This document shows, one piece after another, positions 19,151 to 29,298 of a stretch of 60,487 nucleotides of DNA. The notes below the pieces were generated by a model, which ran no database searches, was not told where the DNA came from, and worked only from the letters and a program-made list of their open reading frames with translations. This DNA is from an uncultured bacterium (GTDB lineage Bacteria > Fidelibacterota > Marinisomatia > Marinisomatales > UBA1611). Where the stretch lies: assembly GCA_964646455.1 (NCBI GenBank), contig CAZYDX010000002.1:1-60487 (forward strand), read 5' to 3'. The translations under genes and the position numbers were made by a program. The stretch's first letter is position 1; every line of letters starts with the position of its first letter.

Positions 19151-20995
19151 ATGTGTGGAGTAGTAGGTCAAGTAGCCTTTAAAAGTCAAATAGATGAAAA
19201 AACATTAATTGAACTTAGGGATATGATAAATCATAGAGGGCCAGATGATAAAGGCATATATAAATCTCGTGATAAAATATGTTTTCTAGGTCATAGAAGA
19301 TTATCAATTATTGATCTTTCAAAAAATGCCCAGCAACCTATGACTAGCAAAGATGGTCGATTTTCAATTATTTTTAATGGAGAGATTTATAATTATTTAG
19401 ATTTAAAAAATAAATTAACTAAATCTGGTGTAAAGTTTAAATCAAGTTCAGATACTGAAGTTTTATTAGAATTATATATGAAGTATGGAGTTAAATGTCT
19501 TGACCGATTAAGAGGAATGTTTGTTTTTGCTGTCTGGGATGAACTCAAACAAGAATTATTTTTAGCAAGAGACCCTCTAGGTATAAAGTCTGTTTTTTAT
19601 ATTAAAACAAAGGATGGTATAATTTTTTGCTCAGAACTTCGGCCACTAAGAAAATTGAACTTGTGTGGGAATTTAAATTTTAAAAATATCAATACTTTCT
19701 TAAAGAAGGGGTCAATACCATCCCCAGACACAATTTTTGAAGGTGTAAAATCATTAGAACCAGGTAATTTTTTAGTTGTATCCAAAAATCAAAAGATTGA
19801 AAAGTTAAATTATTGGGAATTAAGCTCGTTAGAGCTTGATGAATTACAAGCCAATAATAGAAATGAAATAGTAGCGTTTACAAAAGAGAGTTTGTTAGAA
19901 TCTATGAAATCACATTTAGTAAGTGATGTGCCAGTTGGAGCATTTTTATCTGGAGGCATAGACTCTTCTGCTATTGTTTCCTTAATGAGACAATCTGGAC
20001 AAAATAAAATAGGTACGTTTTCCCTAGCTTTTGAAAATCAATTATTAGATGAATCTTTATATTCTAAGCATGTATCCGAGTTATTTGATACTGACCATCA
20101 TGAATTAGTTGTTACTAATGATAAAATTTCTAATTATATCGATAACTTTATTAAATCAATGGATCAACCAACTATAGATGGTTTAAATACTTATATAGTA
20201 TCTAAATTGGCTAAAAATAATGGTTATAAAGTAGTTACATCAGGTATAGGTGGCGATGAGCTTTTTAGAGGATATAATCTGTTTAAAATTTTACCAAAAA
20301 TTGATTCAATATTTAAGTATAGTCCCTCCTCATTTAATAAAATTTTAAGTTATCTAATTCAAAGACTAATTTCACAAAATAGAATTAATTCGAAATGGGG
20401 AAGGTTTTGTTCTGCAATATCTCCAAATTATTCATTTGTTAAATTATACGAGCAAAGTCGAGCTTTATTCTCTAATCAAGAAATAAGAAATATATTGAAT
20501 TTAGATTGTGAGAATTTTGAACAGAATGATGATCAAAGATTAATTGAAATTTTTAATACCCAAAATAGTCTCGAGAGTAAAATATCAATGATGGAAACAT
20601 ACAGATATCTTGGCTCGCAACTCTTATATGACTCAGATATTTTTAGTATGGCGAATTCTATCGAATTAAGAACTCCATTTATTGACAAAACTCTTTACGA
20701 AAAAATTTACAGTATAAAAAATGATGTATGGTTTAATGATAAAAAGTATAATAAATCACTTTTAGTTGATGCCGTTGGTGATTTGCCTCATGAAATATAC
20801 AATAGGCCAAAAATGGGATTTGTATTACCAAAGAATTTATTTTTAAAAAAAGAGATTTATGAAATAAAAAGTGAGATTTTAAATAAAGATTATTATAATA
20901 GTCTTGAAAAAAATTTTGTAGATGGTAAAATACATTATTCAAAAATTTGGTCAATTAGAATTTTGGATGAATATATATCAAGTGTTCAAAATTAA
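19151..20995 (+). CDS. Asparagine synthase (glutamine-hydrolysing) family amidotransferase, copy 1
   Basis: The 'MCGVVG' N-terminal Cys nucleophile (Ntn GATase II) and the PP-loop 'FLSGGIDSS'. 614 aa. Confidence 0.85.
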   Translation: MCGVVGQVAFKSQIDEKTLIELRDMINHRGPDDKGIYKSRDKICFLGHRRLSIIDLSKNAQQPMTSKDGRFSIIFNGEIYNYLDLKNKLTKSGVKFKSSSDTEVLLELYMKYGVKCLDRLRGMFVFAVWDELKQELFLARDPLGIKSVFYIKTKDGIIFCSELRPLRKLNLCGNLNFKNINTFLKKGSIPSPDTIFEGVKSLEPGNFLVVSKNQKIEKLNYWELSSLELDELQANNRNEIVAFTKESLLESMKSHLVSDVPVGAFLSGGIDSSAIVSLMRQSGQNKIGTFSLAFENQLLDESLYSKHVSELFDTDHHELVVTNDKISNYIDNFIKSMDQPTIDGLNTYIVSKLAKNNGYKVVTSGIGGDELFRGYNLFKILPKIDSIFKYSPSSFNKILSYLIQRLISQNRINSKWGRFCSAISPNYSFVKLYEQSRALFSNQEIRNILNLDCENFEQNDDQRLIEIFNTQNSLESKISMMETYRYLGSQLLYDSDIFSMANSIELRTPFIDKTLYEKIYSIKNDVWFNDKKYNKSLLVDAVGDLPHEIYNRPKMGFVLPKNLFLKKEIYEIKSEILNKDYYNSLEKNFVDGKIHYSKIWSIRILDEYISSVQN

Positions 20996-21004
20996 ATTAT
21001 TATT

Positions 21005-22150
21005 ATGAATATCGGAGTGGATGCTTCAGACCTATTATCAGGTGGGTCGATTACTCATTTAAAAGAGTTTTTAGCGTATTCTGATAAGTCAAAGCATTCG
21101 TTTAGTGCTATAACAGTTTGGGCTCCGAAGAAGTTAATAAAACAACTAACCAAAAAAGCTTTTATAAATTACATCGAAGTTAATTTTGATAGTAATGGTA
21201 TAAAAAAAATTATTTGGAAAAAATTTTTATTGGATCGAGAACTTGTCAATCATCAAATAGATATATTATTTGTTCCTGGTTCATTTTTCTTGGGTAGTTT
21301 TCGTCCATTTGTACAAATAGCAAGAAATTTACTTCCATTCGATAAGAAATTAGTTAATCTGTACCGTTATAGGATGCAGTATTTTCGTCTGCAGGTTTTA
21401 AAACTGCTTATGAAAAAATCATACACTAATTCAGATGGATTAATTATGCTATCTAAAACTCAAAAAAAAATAATGGATCAATTCATTCAAAACTTTAAAG
21501 GCCAGGTTGAAATTGTACCGCATGGTGTAAGTAAAATGTTTGACAAAAATAGAAATAATGAAAAAAATGTTCTGTTAGGAAATTCCAAAGTTTTGAGAAT
21601 CGGTTATGTATCAATAATTGATTTTTATAAAAATCAGATTAATGTTTTGAAAGCTGCAAAAATTTTAAAAGAAAAGGGCTATGAATTTTCTTTAGAATTT
21701 GTAGGAAATAAATATGAACCTGCATATAAATTATTTCACAAGCTATTAAATGAAATTGATCCTAAAAATAATTACATTAAATATTTAGGTATAATTAATC
21801 ATGACTTACTACAAAATTATTACAAAGAAATTGATATTTTTATTTTTGCTTCTAGCTGCGAGGCTTTCGGACAAATATTGACTGAAGCTATGAGAAGTGC
21901 ACTTCCTATTGCATGTTCAAACAAAAGCACTATGCCTGACACGCTTGGAGATTGTGGCGTATATTTTGATCCTGATGACATCTCATCCATAGTTCAAATC
22001 ATTGAGATATTAATTAATGATGAAAGTCTTAGAAAAAAAATATCAAAAAAAGCGTATGAAAGGTCAATGTCATTAAGCTGGGAATCAACAGTGGATAAAA
22101 CATATACACTCATTTCGGATGTTTCAAAAAAAAATAAAAAATTAAACTAA
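21005..22150 (+). CDS. Glycosyltransferase, GT4-like
   Basis: 381 aa. 'SSCEAFGQILTEAMRSALPIACSNKSTMPDTLGD'. Confidence 0.8.
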   Translation: MNIGVDASDLLSGGSITHLKEFLAYSDKSKHSFSAITVWAPKKLIKQLTKKAFINYIEVNFDSNGIKKIIWKKFLLDRELVNHQIDILFVPGSFFLGSFRPFVQIARNLLPFDKKLVNLYRYRMQYFRLQVLKLLMKKSYTNSDGLIMLSKTQKKIMDQFIQNFKGQVEIVPHGVSKMFDKNRNNEKNVLLGNSKVLRIGYVSIIDFYKNQINVLKAAKILKEKGYEFSLEFVGNKYEPAYKLFHKLLNEIDPKNNYIKYLGIINHDLLQNYYKEIDIFIFASSCEAFGQILTEAMRSALPIACSNKSTMPDTLGDCGVYFDPDDISSIVQIIEILINDESLRKKISKKAYERSMSLSWESTVDKTYTLISDVSKKNKKLN

Positions 22151-22244
22151 TTTTCCCTAATTTTTGCAGAGCATATGACTCATATATAGTCTTTAACTCA
22201 CCAAAAATTGTTATTTTAGAAATATATTAATTTAAGGAAATCTA

Positions 22245-23972
22245 ATGAGTGTAATTTTAGGCATTAACACTTTTCATGCTGGCTCTTCAGCAAGTATTGT
22301 TGTAGATGGTAAACCAATTTTTGCTGTTGCTGAAGAGCGATTAAATAGAAAAAAATATTATGCTGGATTTCCCGTTCTTTCTATCCAAGCATGTTTGGAT
22401 TATACTGGAATTAAAATTGGAGATATTGATTATGTAACTGTTGGAAGAGATTCAAATGCTAACCTTCAAGAAAAGGTTAAGTATACTATAAAAAACCCTT
22501 CAAGGTTATTAAATCTTTCAAAAATTAAAAGTGCTAGAAGTTCTTTGAATGACATTAAGAGTTTGATGTCATCAAAAATGGAGATTCCTATCGAAAAACT
22601 TAAATTTCAACAAATAAATGTAGAGCACCACTTAGCTCATATATCCAGTGCTTTTTTTATCTCTAAATGGGATCGTTCAGCAGGTTTATCCTGTGATGGA
22701 TCTGGGGATTTTGTTACTAGCATGATGGCGGATTGTTTTGATGATAAAATTGAAATTAAGAATAGGATTTATGTACCTCATAGTCTGGGTTCTTTCTATA
22801 CAATGATATCTGAATTTATAGGCTACAAAAAATATGGTGATGAAGGTAAAGTAATGGGCTTATCTGCATTAGGTGAAGGAGAATACATCGATGATCTTAG
22901 TGATATGGTTTTATTGAATGATGATGAGATGAAATTAAATCCAAAGTATTTTCTTCCATTTGGTTCAAATCAAGGTGTTCGTATAACAGATGAAGGTTCT
23001 ATGGCTATGACCAGACATTTTTCGGATGAAATGATAAAAGTTTTTGGAGAACCAAGAAATCCAGGAGATGAAATAACCAAAAGAGATAAAGATTTAGCTT
23101 TTTCAGTACAACATGTTTTCGAGAATGCATATTTGCATTTACTTAATCTGCTACATAAAAAAGTACCAAATGATAAAATAGCTATGGCAGGGGGGTGTGT
23201 ATTAAACAGTGTTGCTAATGGGTTGATTTTTGATAGGACACCATTTAGAGATACATGTATTCAGCCAGCAGCAGGAGATGATGGGCTATCTATTGGTTCA
23301 GCGCTCTATGCTAGTAATGTTATATTGAAAGAGGGTAAAAGGTTCGAGATGGTTGACTCTTACCTTGGACCGGAATATTCTGATAGTGTAATTAAATCAG
23401 AACTTGATAAAAGAGGCATAAAATATCAAAAATTGAATAAAAAAGACCTTATTGAAAAAACCTCAGAGGAAATTGCTAAGGGCAACGTTGTTGGATGGTT
23501 TCAAGGTAGAATGGAATGGGGTCCAAGAGCGCTAGGAAATAGGTCAATTTTATGTCACCCGGGTAAAAGCGATATGAAAGATATATTAAACTCAAGAATC
23601 AAACATAGAGAGTCTTTTAGACCATTTGCTCCTGCCATTTTGAAAGAACACCAAGATGAGGTCTTTGAAAAGAGTTATCCTTCACCCTTTATGCTGCACG
23701 TATACAAAATTAAAAAAGCATGGCAAGAAAGATTACCAGCGGTAAATCACCTTGATAATACTGGCAGACTGCAATCCGTAAGCAAACATGAGAATGCTTT
23801 ATATTATGAACTCATCAATTCATTTTATAAAAGAACAGGTATCCCAATTTTGTTAAATACAAGTTTTAATGAGAATGAACCCATTGTTTGTGAACCAAGT
23901 CAAGCTATTGACTGCTATAAAAGAACAAAAATGGATGTGCTTTCAATTGGCTCATATTTTTGTGTTAAATAA
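22245..23972 (+). CDS. NodU/CmcH family carbamoyltransferase
   Basis: 575 aa. N-terminus 'ILGINTFHAGSSASIVVDGKPIFAVAEERLNRKKY' and C-terminal 'LNTSFNENEPIVC', both typical of the carbamoyltransferase N/C domains. An SD-like 'AAGGA' lies upstream. Confidence 0.85.
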   Translation: MSVILGINTFHAGSSASIVVDGKPIFAVAEERLNRKKYYAGFPVLSIQACLDYTGIKIGDIDYVTVGRDSNANLQEKVKYTIKNPSRLLNLSKIKSARSSLNDIKSLMSSKMEIPIEKLKFQQINVEHHLAHISSAFFISKWDRSAGLSCDGSGDFVTSMMADCFDDKIEIKNRIYVPHSLGSFYTMISEFIGYKKYGDEGKVMGLSALGEGEYIDDLSDMVLLNDDEMKLNPKYFLPFGSNQGVRITDEGSMAMTRHFSDEMIKVFGEPRNPGDEITKRDKDLAFSVQHVFENAYLHLLNLLHKKVPNDKIAMAGGCVLNSVANGLIFDRTPFRDTCIQPAAGDDGLSIGSALYASNVILKEGKRFEMVDSYLGPEYSDSVIKSELDKRGIKYQKLNKKDLIEKTSEEIAKGNVVGWFQGRMEWGPRALGNRSILCHPGKSDMKDILNSRIKHRESFRPFAPAILKEHQDEVFEKSYPSPFMLHVYKIKKAWQERLPAVNHLDNTGRLQSVSKHENALYYELINSFYKRTGIPILLNTSFNENEPIVCEPSQAIDCYKRTKMDVLSIGSYFCVK

Positions 23973-24028
23973 AAATTTCTAAAACATCTAAAATATTAAA
24001 AACATTACAAATTCCTTCTGGTTTTGTT

Positions 24029-25033
24029 ATGGAGTGGGAGGAAGATGGTAGTTACCTATTATCTTGTAGAAACTCTTTGTTTTATGTAAATGATTTGGAT
24101 GAACAACCAATTCATTTGTTAGATTTTCCAGCACCTTTTATAAAAACTTGGATATGTAGATTTAGAATATTTCAAAGGCTTTTTCGTTTTATGTTTTATA
24201 ATGTAATAAAACTTAATGATGGAACAATTTTTATGACCTTTGGTAATGAACTTGCTACTTATAAGAATGGAAAAATTAAAATGATTGACACAAGTGGAAA
24301 ACGATTTAGAGTATTGAGGTCTGGTTGTGCATATGATAATAAACACTTTGTATTTTTTGGAGAATATTCAAAAAATGAAAATAAAGATCCAGTTAACGTT
24401 TACAAATATGATACAATAAATGATGAACTTGAAATTGTTTATACTTTTAAAAATGGTGTCATTAGGCATGTCCACGGAATATATTATGACAAATTTTCGG
24501 AAAAACTATGGTGTGTTACTGGAGATGATCTAAAGGAATGTAAAATGATTTGTACAAGTGATAGTTTTAAAACTATAGACATTATTGGAGAAGGTGATGA
24601 ATCATGGAGATGTGTTAGTCTAATTTTTACAAAAAAATATATTTATTACGGCACTGACTCTGAATTTCAGCAAAATTACTTGTATAAAATATGCAGAGAG
24701 TCTATGGATAGAAAAAAATTGTCAAAGGTAAATGGGCCAGTATATTACTCAAAATTAAAAAGTGATAATATTTTTTTTGCTACGACTGCTGAATTAAGAG
24801 AAGAAGATGAAGGTTCTGTTTATAAAGGCATTTCCCCAACTATATATGCAGTTCAAAGCGATGATATTGTAATTGAGGTTTTCTTTACAAAAAAGGATTC
24901 ATTTTCACCAATATATTTTATGCCGGGTTCAATCCATTTTAGTAGAGGTGTATCAAGCAGTGCTGAATTGTATTTTTACTGTGTTGGTGTTAAGAAATAT
25001 GATAATAAAGCTCTATCGTTATTAATTGAATAA
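24029..25033 (+). CDS. Hypothetical protein (possibly beta-propeller-like), unknown function
   Basis: 334-aa intact ORF, co-directional within the island, with no signal peptide or TM helix. 'IRHVHGIYYDKFSEKLWCVTGD' repeat-like strands. No family recognised. Confidence 0.45.
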   Translation: MEWEEDGSYLLSCRNSLFYVNDLDEQPIHLLDFPAPFIKTWICRFRIFQRLFRFMFYNVIKLNDGTIFMTFGNELATYKNGKIKMIDTSGKRFRVLRSGCAYDNKHFVFFGEYSKNENKDPVNVYKYDTINDELEIVYTFKNGVIRHVHGIYYDKFSEKLWCVTGDDLKECKMICTSDSFKTIDIIGEGDESWRCVSLIFTKKYIYYGTDSEFQQNYLYKICRESMDRKKLSKVNGPVYYSKLKSDNIFFATTAELREEDEGSVYKGISPTIYAVQSDDIVIEVFFTKKDSFSPIYFMPGSIHFSRGVSSSAELYFYCVGVKKYDNKALSLLIE

Positions 25034-25041
25034 TAGATAGA

Positions 25042-26445
25042 ATGTTATTTCAATCACAATATTTTATAATTTTTTTCATTTTTGTTTTTTCTATTCATTG
25101 GATTTTACCAAAGAAAAGAAATAGACATTTTTTACTTCTTTTATCTTCCTATGTGTTCTATATGTTCTGGAACATTAAACTAGTTTTCCTATTGATATTT
25201 TCATCATTGCTGGATTTTTATATAGGTAATAGGATTTATAAAAAAAGAAGTTTTCATTTAGTTTTTTTCAGTGTTGCAATGAACCTATCAATATTAGGTT
25301 ATTTTAAATATTATAATTTTTTCATAGAATCTCTTCATGCACTACTCTCACAAGTTTTTAATTACGATTCTAGTTTCTCTACACTAAACATAATACTTCC
25401 TTTAGGTATTTCATTTTATACTTTTCAGAGCATGAGTTACACAATAGACATTTATCGTAGAAAGTACAGACCTTATAATTCATTAATGAATTTTGCTCTA
25501 TATGTGTCATTTTTTCCGCAATTAATTGCAGGTCCGATAGTAAGAGCAGACTATTTTAAAAAGCAAATTGATAGAAAAGTTAATCTTAGTTTTAAACTAA
25601 TAAATACGGGTGTTAGCCTCTTCATAATAGGCTGTTTCAAAAAGATAGTTCTAGCAGATCAAGCTGCAGTTTTTTCAAATGAATTTTTTTCTAATCCTTC
25701 ATCGTATACATTTTTTATTTCTATTGTTGGTGTTATGGCATTCTCTTTTCAGATCTATTTTGATTTTTCAGGATATACAGATATGGCAAGAGGCCTTGGG
25801 TATCTACTGGGATTTAGGTTGCCAGAAAATTTTTTACATCCTTATGGAGCACTTGGGATAAAAGATTTTTGGCGAAGATGGCATTTATCCTTATCTAGTT
25901 GGCTAAGAGATTATCTTTATATCCCCCTAGGTGGTTCCAGAATAAGCGCTTCTCGGACAAAAATTAATCTTCTTATAACTATGTTACTTGGTGGTTTATG
26001 GCATGGCGCCTCATGGAATTTTGTTATTTGGGGCGGTATTCATGGTTTATTATTATCCTTAGAAAATTATATAACAAATGTGTTTAATTTTAATAATTTT
26101 AGTAAAGTCGCAAATTTAAGTTTTAAAGTTTTTACTTTTTTTGTAGTCTGTTTTACTTGGATATTTTTTAGAGCGGAAACTTTTAGTGACTCGATAGTCA
26201 TATTAAAATCATTTACTGTTATTAATATAAATGATTTTTTTCATCAATTGTATTTTTTTGGAATTAGAAATTGGATTTTCGGTTTTATTTTACCGTTTTC
26301 TATTATAATTATTGGAGCCTTTAAACCAGTTAATAAAACCTTTAAAAGTTATGAAGTTTATGGCCTCTTTGTAATATTAGTTTTGTTATTAACCATTTTT
26401 CTAGTTGGCGGAGGTGGAAATGAATTTATTTACTTTCAATTTTAG
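25042..26445 (+). CDS. MBOAT family O-acyltransferase (AlgI/PatA-like), copy 2
   Basis: 467 aa. 'ISFYTFQSMSYTIDIY', 'FFPQLIAGPIVRA', 'RWHLSLSSWLRDYLYIPLGGSR', 'GGLWHG', and a C-terminal 'FIYFQF'. Confidence 0.85.
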   Translation: MLFQSQYFIIFFIFVFSIHWILPKKRNRHFLLLLSSYVFYMFWNIKLVFLLIFSSLLDFYIGNRIYKKRSFHLVFFSVAMNLSILGYFKYYNFFIESLHALLSQVFNYDSSFSTLNIILPLGISFYTFQSMSYTIDIYRRKYRPYNSLMNFALYVSFFPQLIAGPIVRADYFKKQIDRKVNLSFKLINTGVSLFIIGCFKKIVLADQAAVFSNEFFSNPSSYTFFISIVGVMAFSFQIYFDFSGYTDMARGLGYLLGFRLPENFLHPYGALGIKDFWRRWHLSLSSWLRDYLYIPLGGSRISASRTKINLLITMLLGGLWHGASWNFVIWGGIHGLLLSLENYITNVFNFNNFSKVANLSFKVFTFFVVCFTWIFFRAETFSDSIVILKSFTVININDFFHQLYFFGIRNWIFGFILPFSIIIIGAFKPVNKTFKSYEVYGLFVILVLLLTIFLVGGGGNEFIYFQF

Positions 26446-27410
26446 TGATGGATAAAAAATATTTTTTAATATTCATTTTAAGTTTTTGTGTTGTAAATAT
26501 TGCAGTTTCTCTTCTGCCAAACGGTCCTTATATGTCGATGTTTAAAAACTCAATTAAATTATCTAAAAAATTTAGACAAGAATATGAAGTAATTCTATAT
26601 GGAGATTCAAAAGGGACTATGTTTAATAAAGATTACTTTGATAGGAAGATACTTTCTTTAGCTTGTGAAAATAATAGTATTCTTTTTTCAAAGTTTTTGC
26701 ATGATGGGATAATAAATAGCCAAAAAAAATCATTAAAAGTTGTAATTATATTTTTAGGACCAAATAACTATAATAAAAATGGCATTTTTGTTACCAGAGA
26801 TTTTGGGCTTAGACGATTGGCAAAATTAAGTGATATTCCTGCTATTATTGGATATGATAATGGATTTGATAATGCCTTAGAAATAATATCTAGTAAATTA
26901 ATTCCAATTTATGCTAGAAGGATGGAAATTCGTGATTTTGACATTGTTAAGAATATGGTATCATTAAAATATGAAAATTTGTTAACACAAGGAATGAGAC
27001 ATAATACAAAACAGGTTGATTTATTAAAAATTTCGGCAATAGATAAAAGTGCTGATCGTAATTATTTACTTACATATAAGAGGTCAGTATATAACAATTT
27101 TGAGTTGTCTCATTTACATACTCAGTTTTTATTGGAAATTATAAATGTTAACAGCGCTTTGGGTATAAGTACAGTCTTAATACAACTACCAATTAAAAAT
27201 GAAATGTTAGAATTGCAAAAAAGTTTAGTCAAACAAGGATTTGATGAGTTAATTGATAAAATTATAGAAAGTAATGATATTTTATATTTTGATCTAAGAA
27301 ATCAAAACTATGATTTTTCTGATATTAATCATTTAAGTAGTAAAGGAGCTTATGACCTAACTAAAAATTTTATTAATCCATTAATTGAAAAACTCATTCT
27401 ATCTAGGTAA
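26445..27410 (+). CDS. Membrane-anchored SGNH/AlgJ/PatB-like putative acyltransferase partner of MBOAT-2
   Basis: 321 aa with an N-terminal TM helix, 'ILYGDSKG' (GDS block I) and a C-terminal 'DFSDINHLS' (DxxH). Its start overlaps or abuts the MBOAT stop (GTG 26445 or ATG 26448). Confidence 0.4.
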   Translation: MMDKKYFLIFILSFCVVNIAVSLLPNGPYMSMFKNSIKLSKKFRQEYEVILYGDSKGTMFNKDYFDRKILSLACENNSILFSKFLHDGIINSQKKSLKVVIIFLGPNNYNKNGIFVTRDFGLRRLAKLSDIPAIIGYDNGFDNALEIISSKLIPIYARRMEIRDFDIVKNMVSLKYENLLTQGMRHNTKQVDLLKISAIDKSADRNYLLTYKRSVYNNFELSHLHTQFLLEIINVNSALGISTVLIQLPIKNEMLELQKSLVKQGFDELIDKIIESNDILYFDLRNQNYDFSDINHLSSKGAYDLTKNFINPLIEKLILSR

Positions 27411-27415
27411 TTAAT

Positions 27416-29173
27416 ATGTGCGGAATATTTGGTATTCATTCTAAAGGAAAGTTCAACATATCAAATAATATTTTGGAGCATAGGGGGCCTGATGGATGGG
27501 GTGTAAAATATTTTAAAGAAGAAGATGAGCATCTGACTTTTTTTCATTCAAGACTTGAGGTCATTGGTTTAGGTAATCAAGGAGAGCAGCCATTTAGTCA
27601 AGAGGGTTACAATTCTTTACTTACATATAATGGTGAAATATACAATTACAAAGAAATTAGAAATTATATTAAGAAAAAATTTAATTTTAATTTTCTGACT
27701 AAAACTGATACGGAAGTACTTTATGCATGTCTGAATAACGAAGGAGTTGAGAATACATTAAATATGATTAATGGTATGTTCTCTTTTGCTTTCTACACTT
27801 TGGATGACAAAAAAATTTATTTGTGCAGGGATAATCTAGGTATCAAACCAATGTATTATACTTCATTTGAGGACTGTTTTGCTTTTACTTCAGAAATAAA
27901 AGTTTTTTTTGAACATAATATTATAGAACCAGTTTTAAAAAAAGATATTTTAGGAGAGTACCTAGCAAATGGATGGGTTTATGAACCTGATACATTGTTT
28001 GCTGGTGTGTATAAGTTACAGTCTGCCAGTTATCTTGAGTATGATGTCAAATCAAAAAAAATTACTATAAATCAATATTGGCCCCTTGATAAAAAGAAAA
28101 ATGTTAGAGATCTTGACAAAATAATAAAATCTCAAACTGTCTCAGATGTGCCAGTTGGCATATACTTTAGCGGGGGTTATGATTCATCTCTTATTACATT
28201 AAGTTTATTAAACGAGAACATGACTCATTTTAATCTTGACTTAGATTCATCAGAAAATCAAGTCGTGGATTTAATAGAAAAAAAATATAAAATTAATATC
28301 AAGAGGATTAAACCTAATAATAGTAAGCTAGAATTATATGATAAGCTATTATTTCATATGGATGAGCCAATTTCTGACCCGGCAATTATTCCAGCTTATG
28401 AACTTGCAGCTATAGCAAAATCAAATGGACTTACCGTTATGCTTTCAGGAATGGGAGGCGATGAAGTAGATGGTGGATATACTAGGCATAGAATTATAAA
28501 TAACCTCGCTGTTGCTAGATTGATCCCAGATTTTATATTAAGATTGATTTTCAGAAAAAAGAAAAGAGATTATTTTCGTTTGAAGTCATTTCTTAATGAT
28601 CCGACTCCAAAAAATTATTTTTCACTCACATCTTATATGAATAAAGAAGATATTAATTCTTTAGTGGGATATTATTGGGAAGAAAAATATTATAAAAAGA
28701 TTGAATCACTTACAGATGGATTTAGTGAAAGAAAGAAATTCTATATACTCGATCTCAAAGGTTTTTTAGCTAGTCACAACCTTTTGTACATGGATAAAAG
28801 TTCAATGGCTGCCTCCATAGAAGTGAGAGTACCGCTTTTAGATAAGGACTTTGTATTGTTTATGTTATCAGATATTGAAAATAGGAATAAACTTGGATCA
28901 AAGCGTTTTATAAAAAAATTATTTAGAAAAAAAATAAAAGAGAAAATTCACATTAAAAAAGCAGGTTTTTCATATCCTATAAATGAATTTATTATTAATA
29001 AAATTAATTGGATTGAAATAATTAATTTTTTTAGTTCAAAAAATATTTTGGATACTAAAATTATTTCTAATTGGGTAAGTCAGGCAAAATCAGATGAAGA
29101 TTTAGTAGATATGAAACTTTGGCACATATACACTTTATACAGATGGCTTAAAATATTTAATGTTAATGTTTAA
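27416..29173 (+). CDS. Asparagine synthase family amidotransferase, copy 2
   Basis: The 'MCGIFGI' N-terminal Cys and the PP-loop 'YFSGGYDSS'. 585 aa. Confidence 0.8.
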   Translation: MCGIFGIHSKGKFNISNNILEHRGPDGWGVKYFKEEDEHLTFFHSRLEVIGLGNQGEQPFSQEGYNSLLTYNGEIYNYKEIRNYIKKKFNFNFLTKTDTEVLYACLNNEGVENTLNMINGMFSFAFYTLDDKKIYLCRDNLGIKPMYYTSFEDCFAFTSEIKVFFEHNIIEPVLKKDILGEYLANGWVYEPDTLFAGVYKLQSASYLEYDVKSKKITINQYWPLDKKKNVRDLDKIIKSQTVSDVPVGIYFSGGYDSSLITLSLLNENMTHFNLDLDSSENQVVDLIEKKYKINIKRIKPNNSKLELYDKLLFHMDEPISDPAIIPAYELAAIAKSNGLTVMLSGMGGDEVDGGYTRHRIINNLAVARLIPDFILRLIFRKKKRDYFRLKSFLNDPTPKNYFSLTSYMNKEDINSLVGYYWEEKYYKKIESLTDGFSERKKFYILDLKGFLASHNLLYMDKSSMAASIEVRVPLLDKDFVLFMLSDIENRNKLGSKRFIKKLFRKKIKEKIHIKKAGFSYPINEFIINKINWIEIINFFSSKNILDTKIISNWVSQAKSDEDLVDMKLWHIYTLYRWLKIFNVNV

Positions 29174-29298
29174 ATAATAAATTAATAAAAAAATAAGACT
29201 AAAATATTGTGTTTAATAAATATTTGATCATTTTATGATAAATAATATTTAATTTTTAAGCACTATTCTTTCATTCAAACTCACATTTAAGAAATAAT

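Noticed and set aside
6249-26445. Near-identical 23-nt 3' ends of the two MBOAT genes (21 of 23 nt, both encoding FIYFQF-stop)
   Set aside because: This is explained by a conserved family C-terminal peptide plus strong AT codon bias. It is not evidence of recent recombination or of a DNA-level element.
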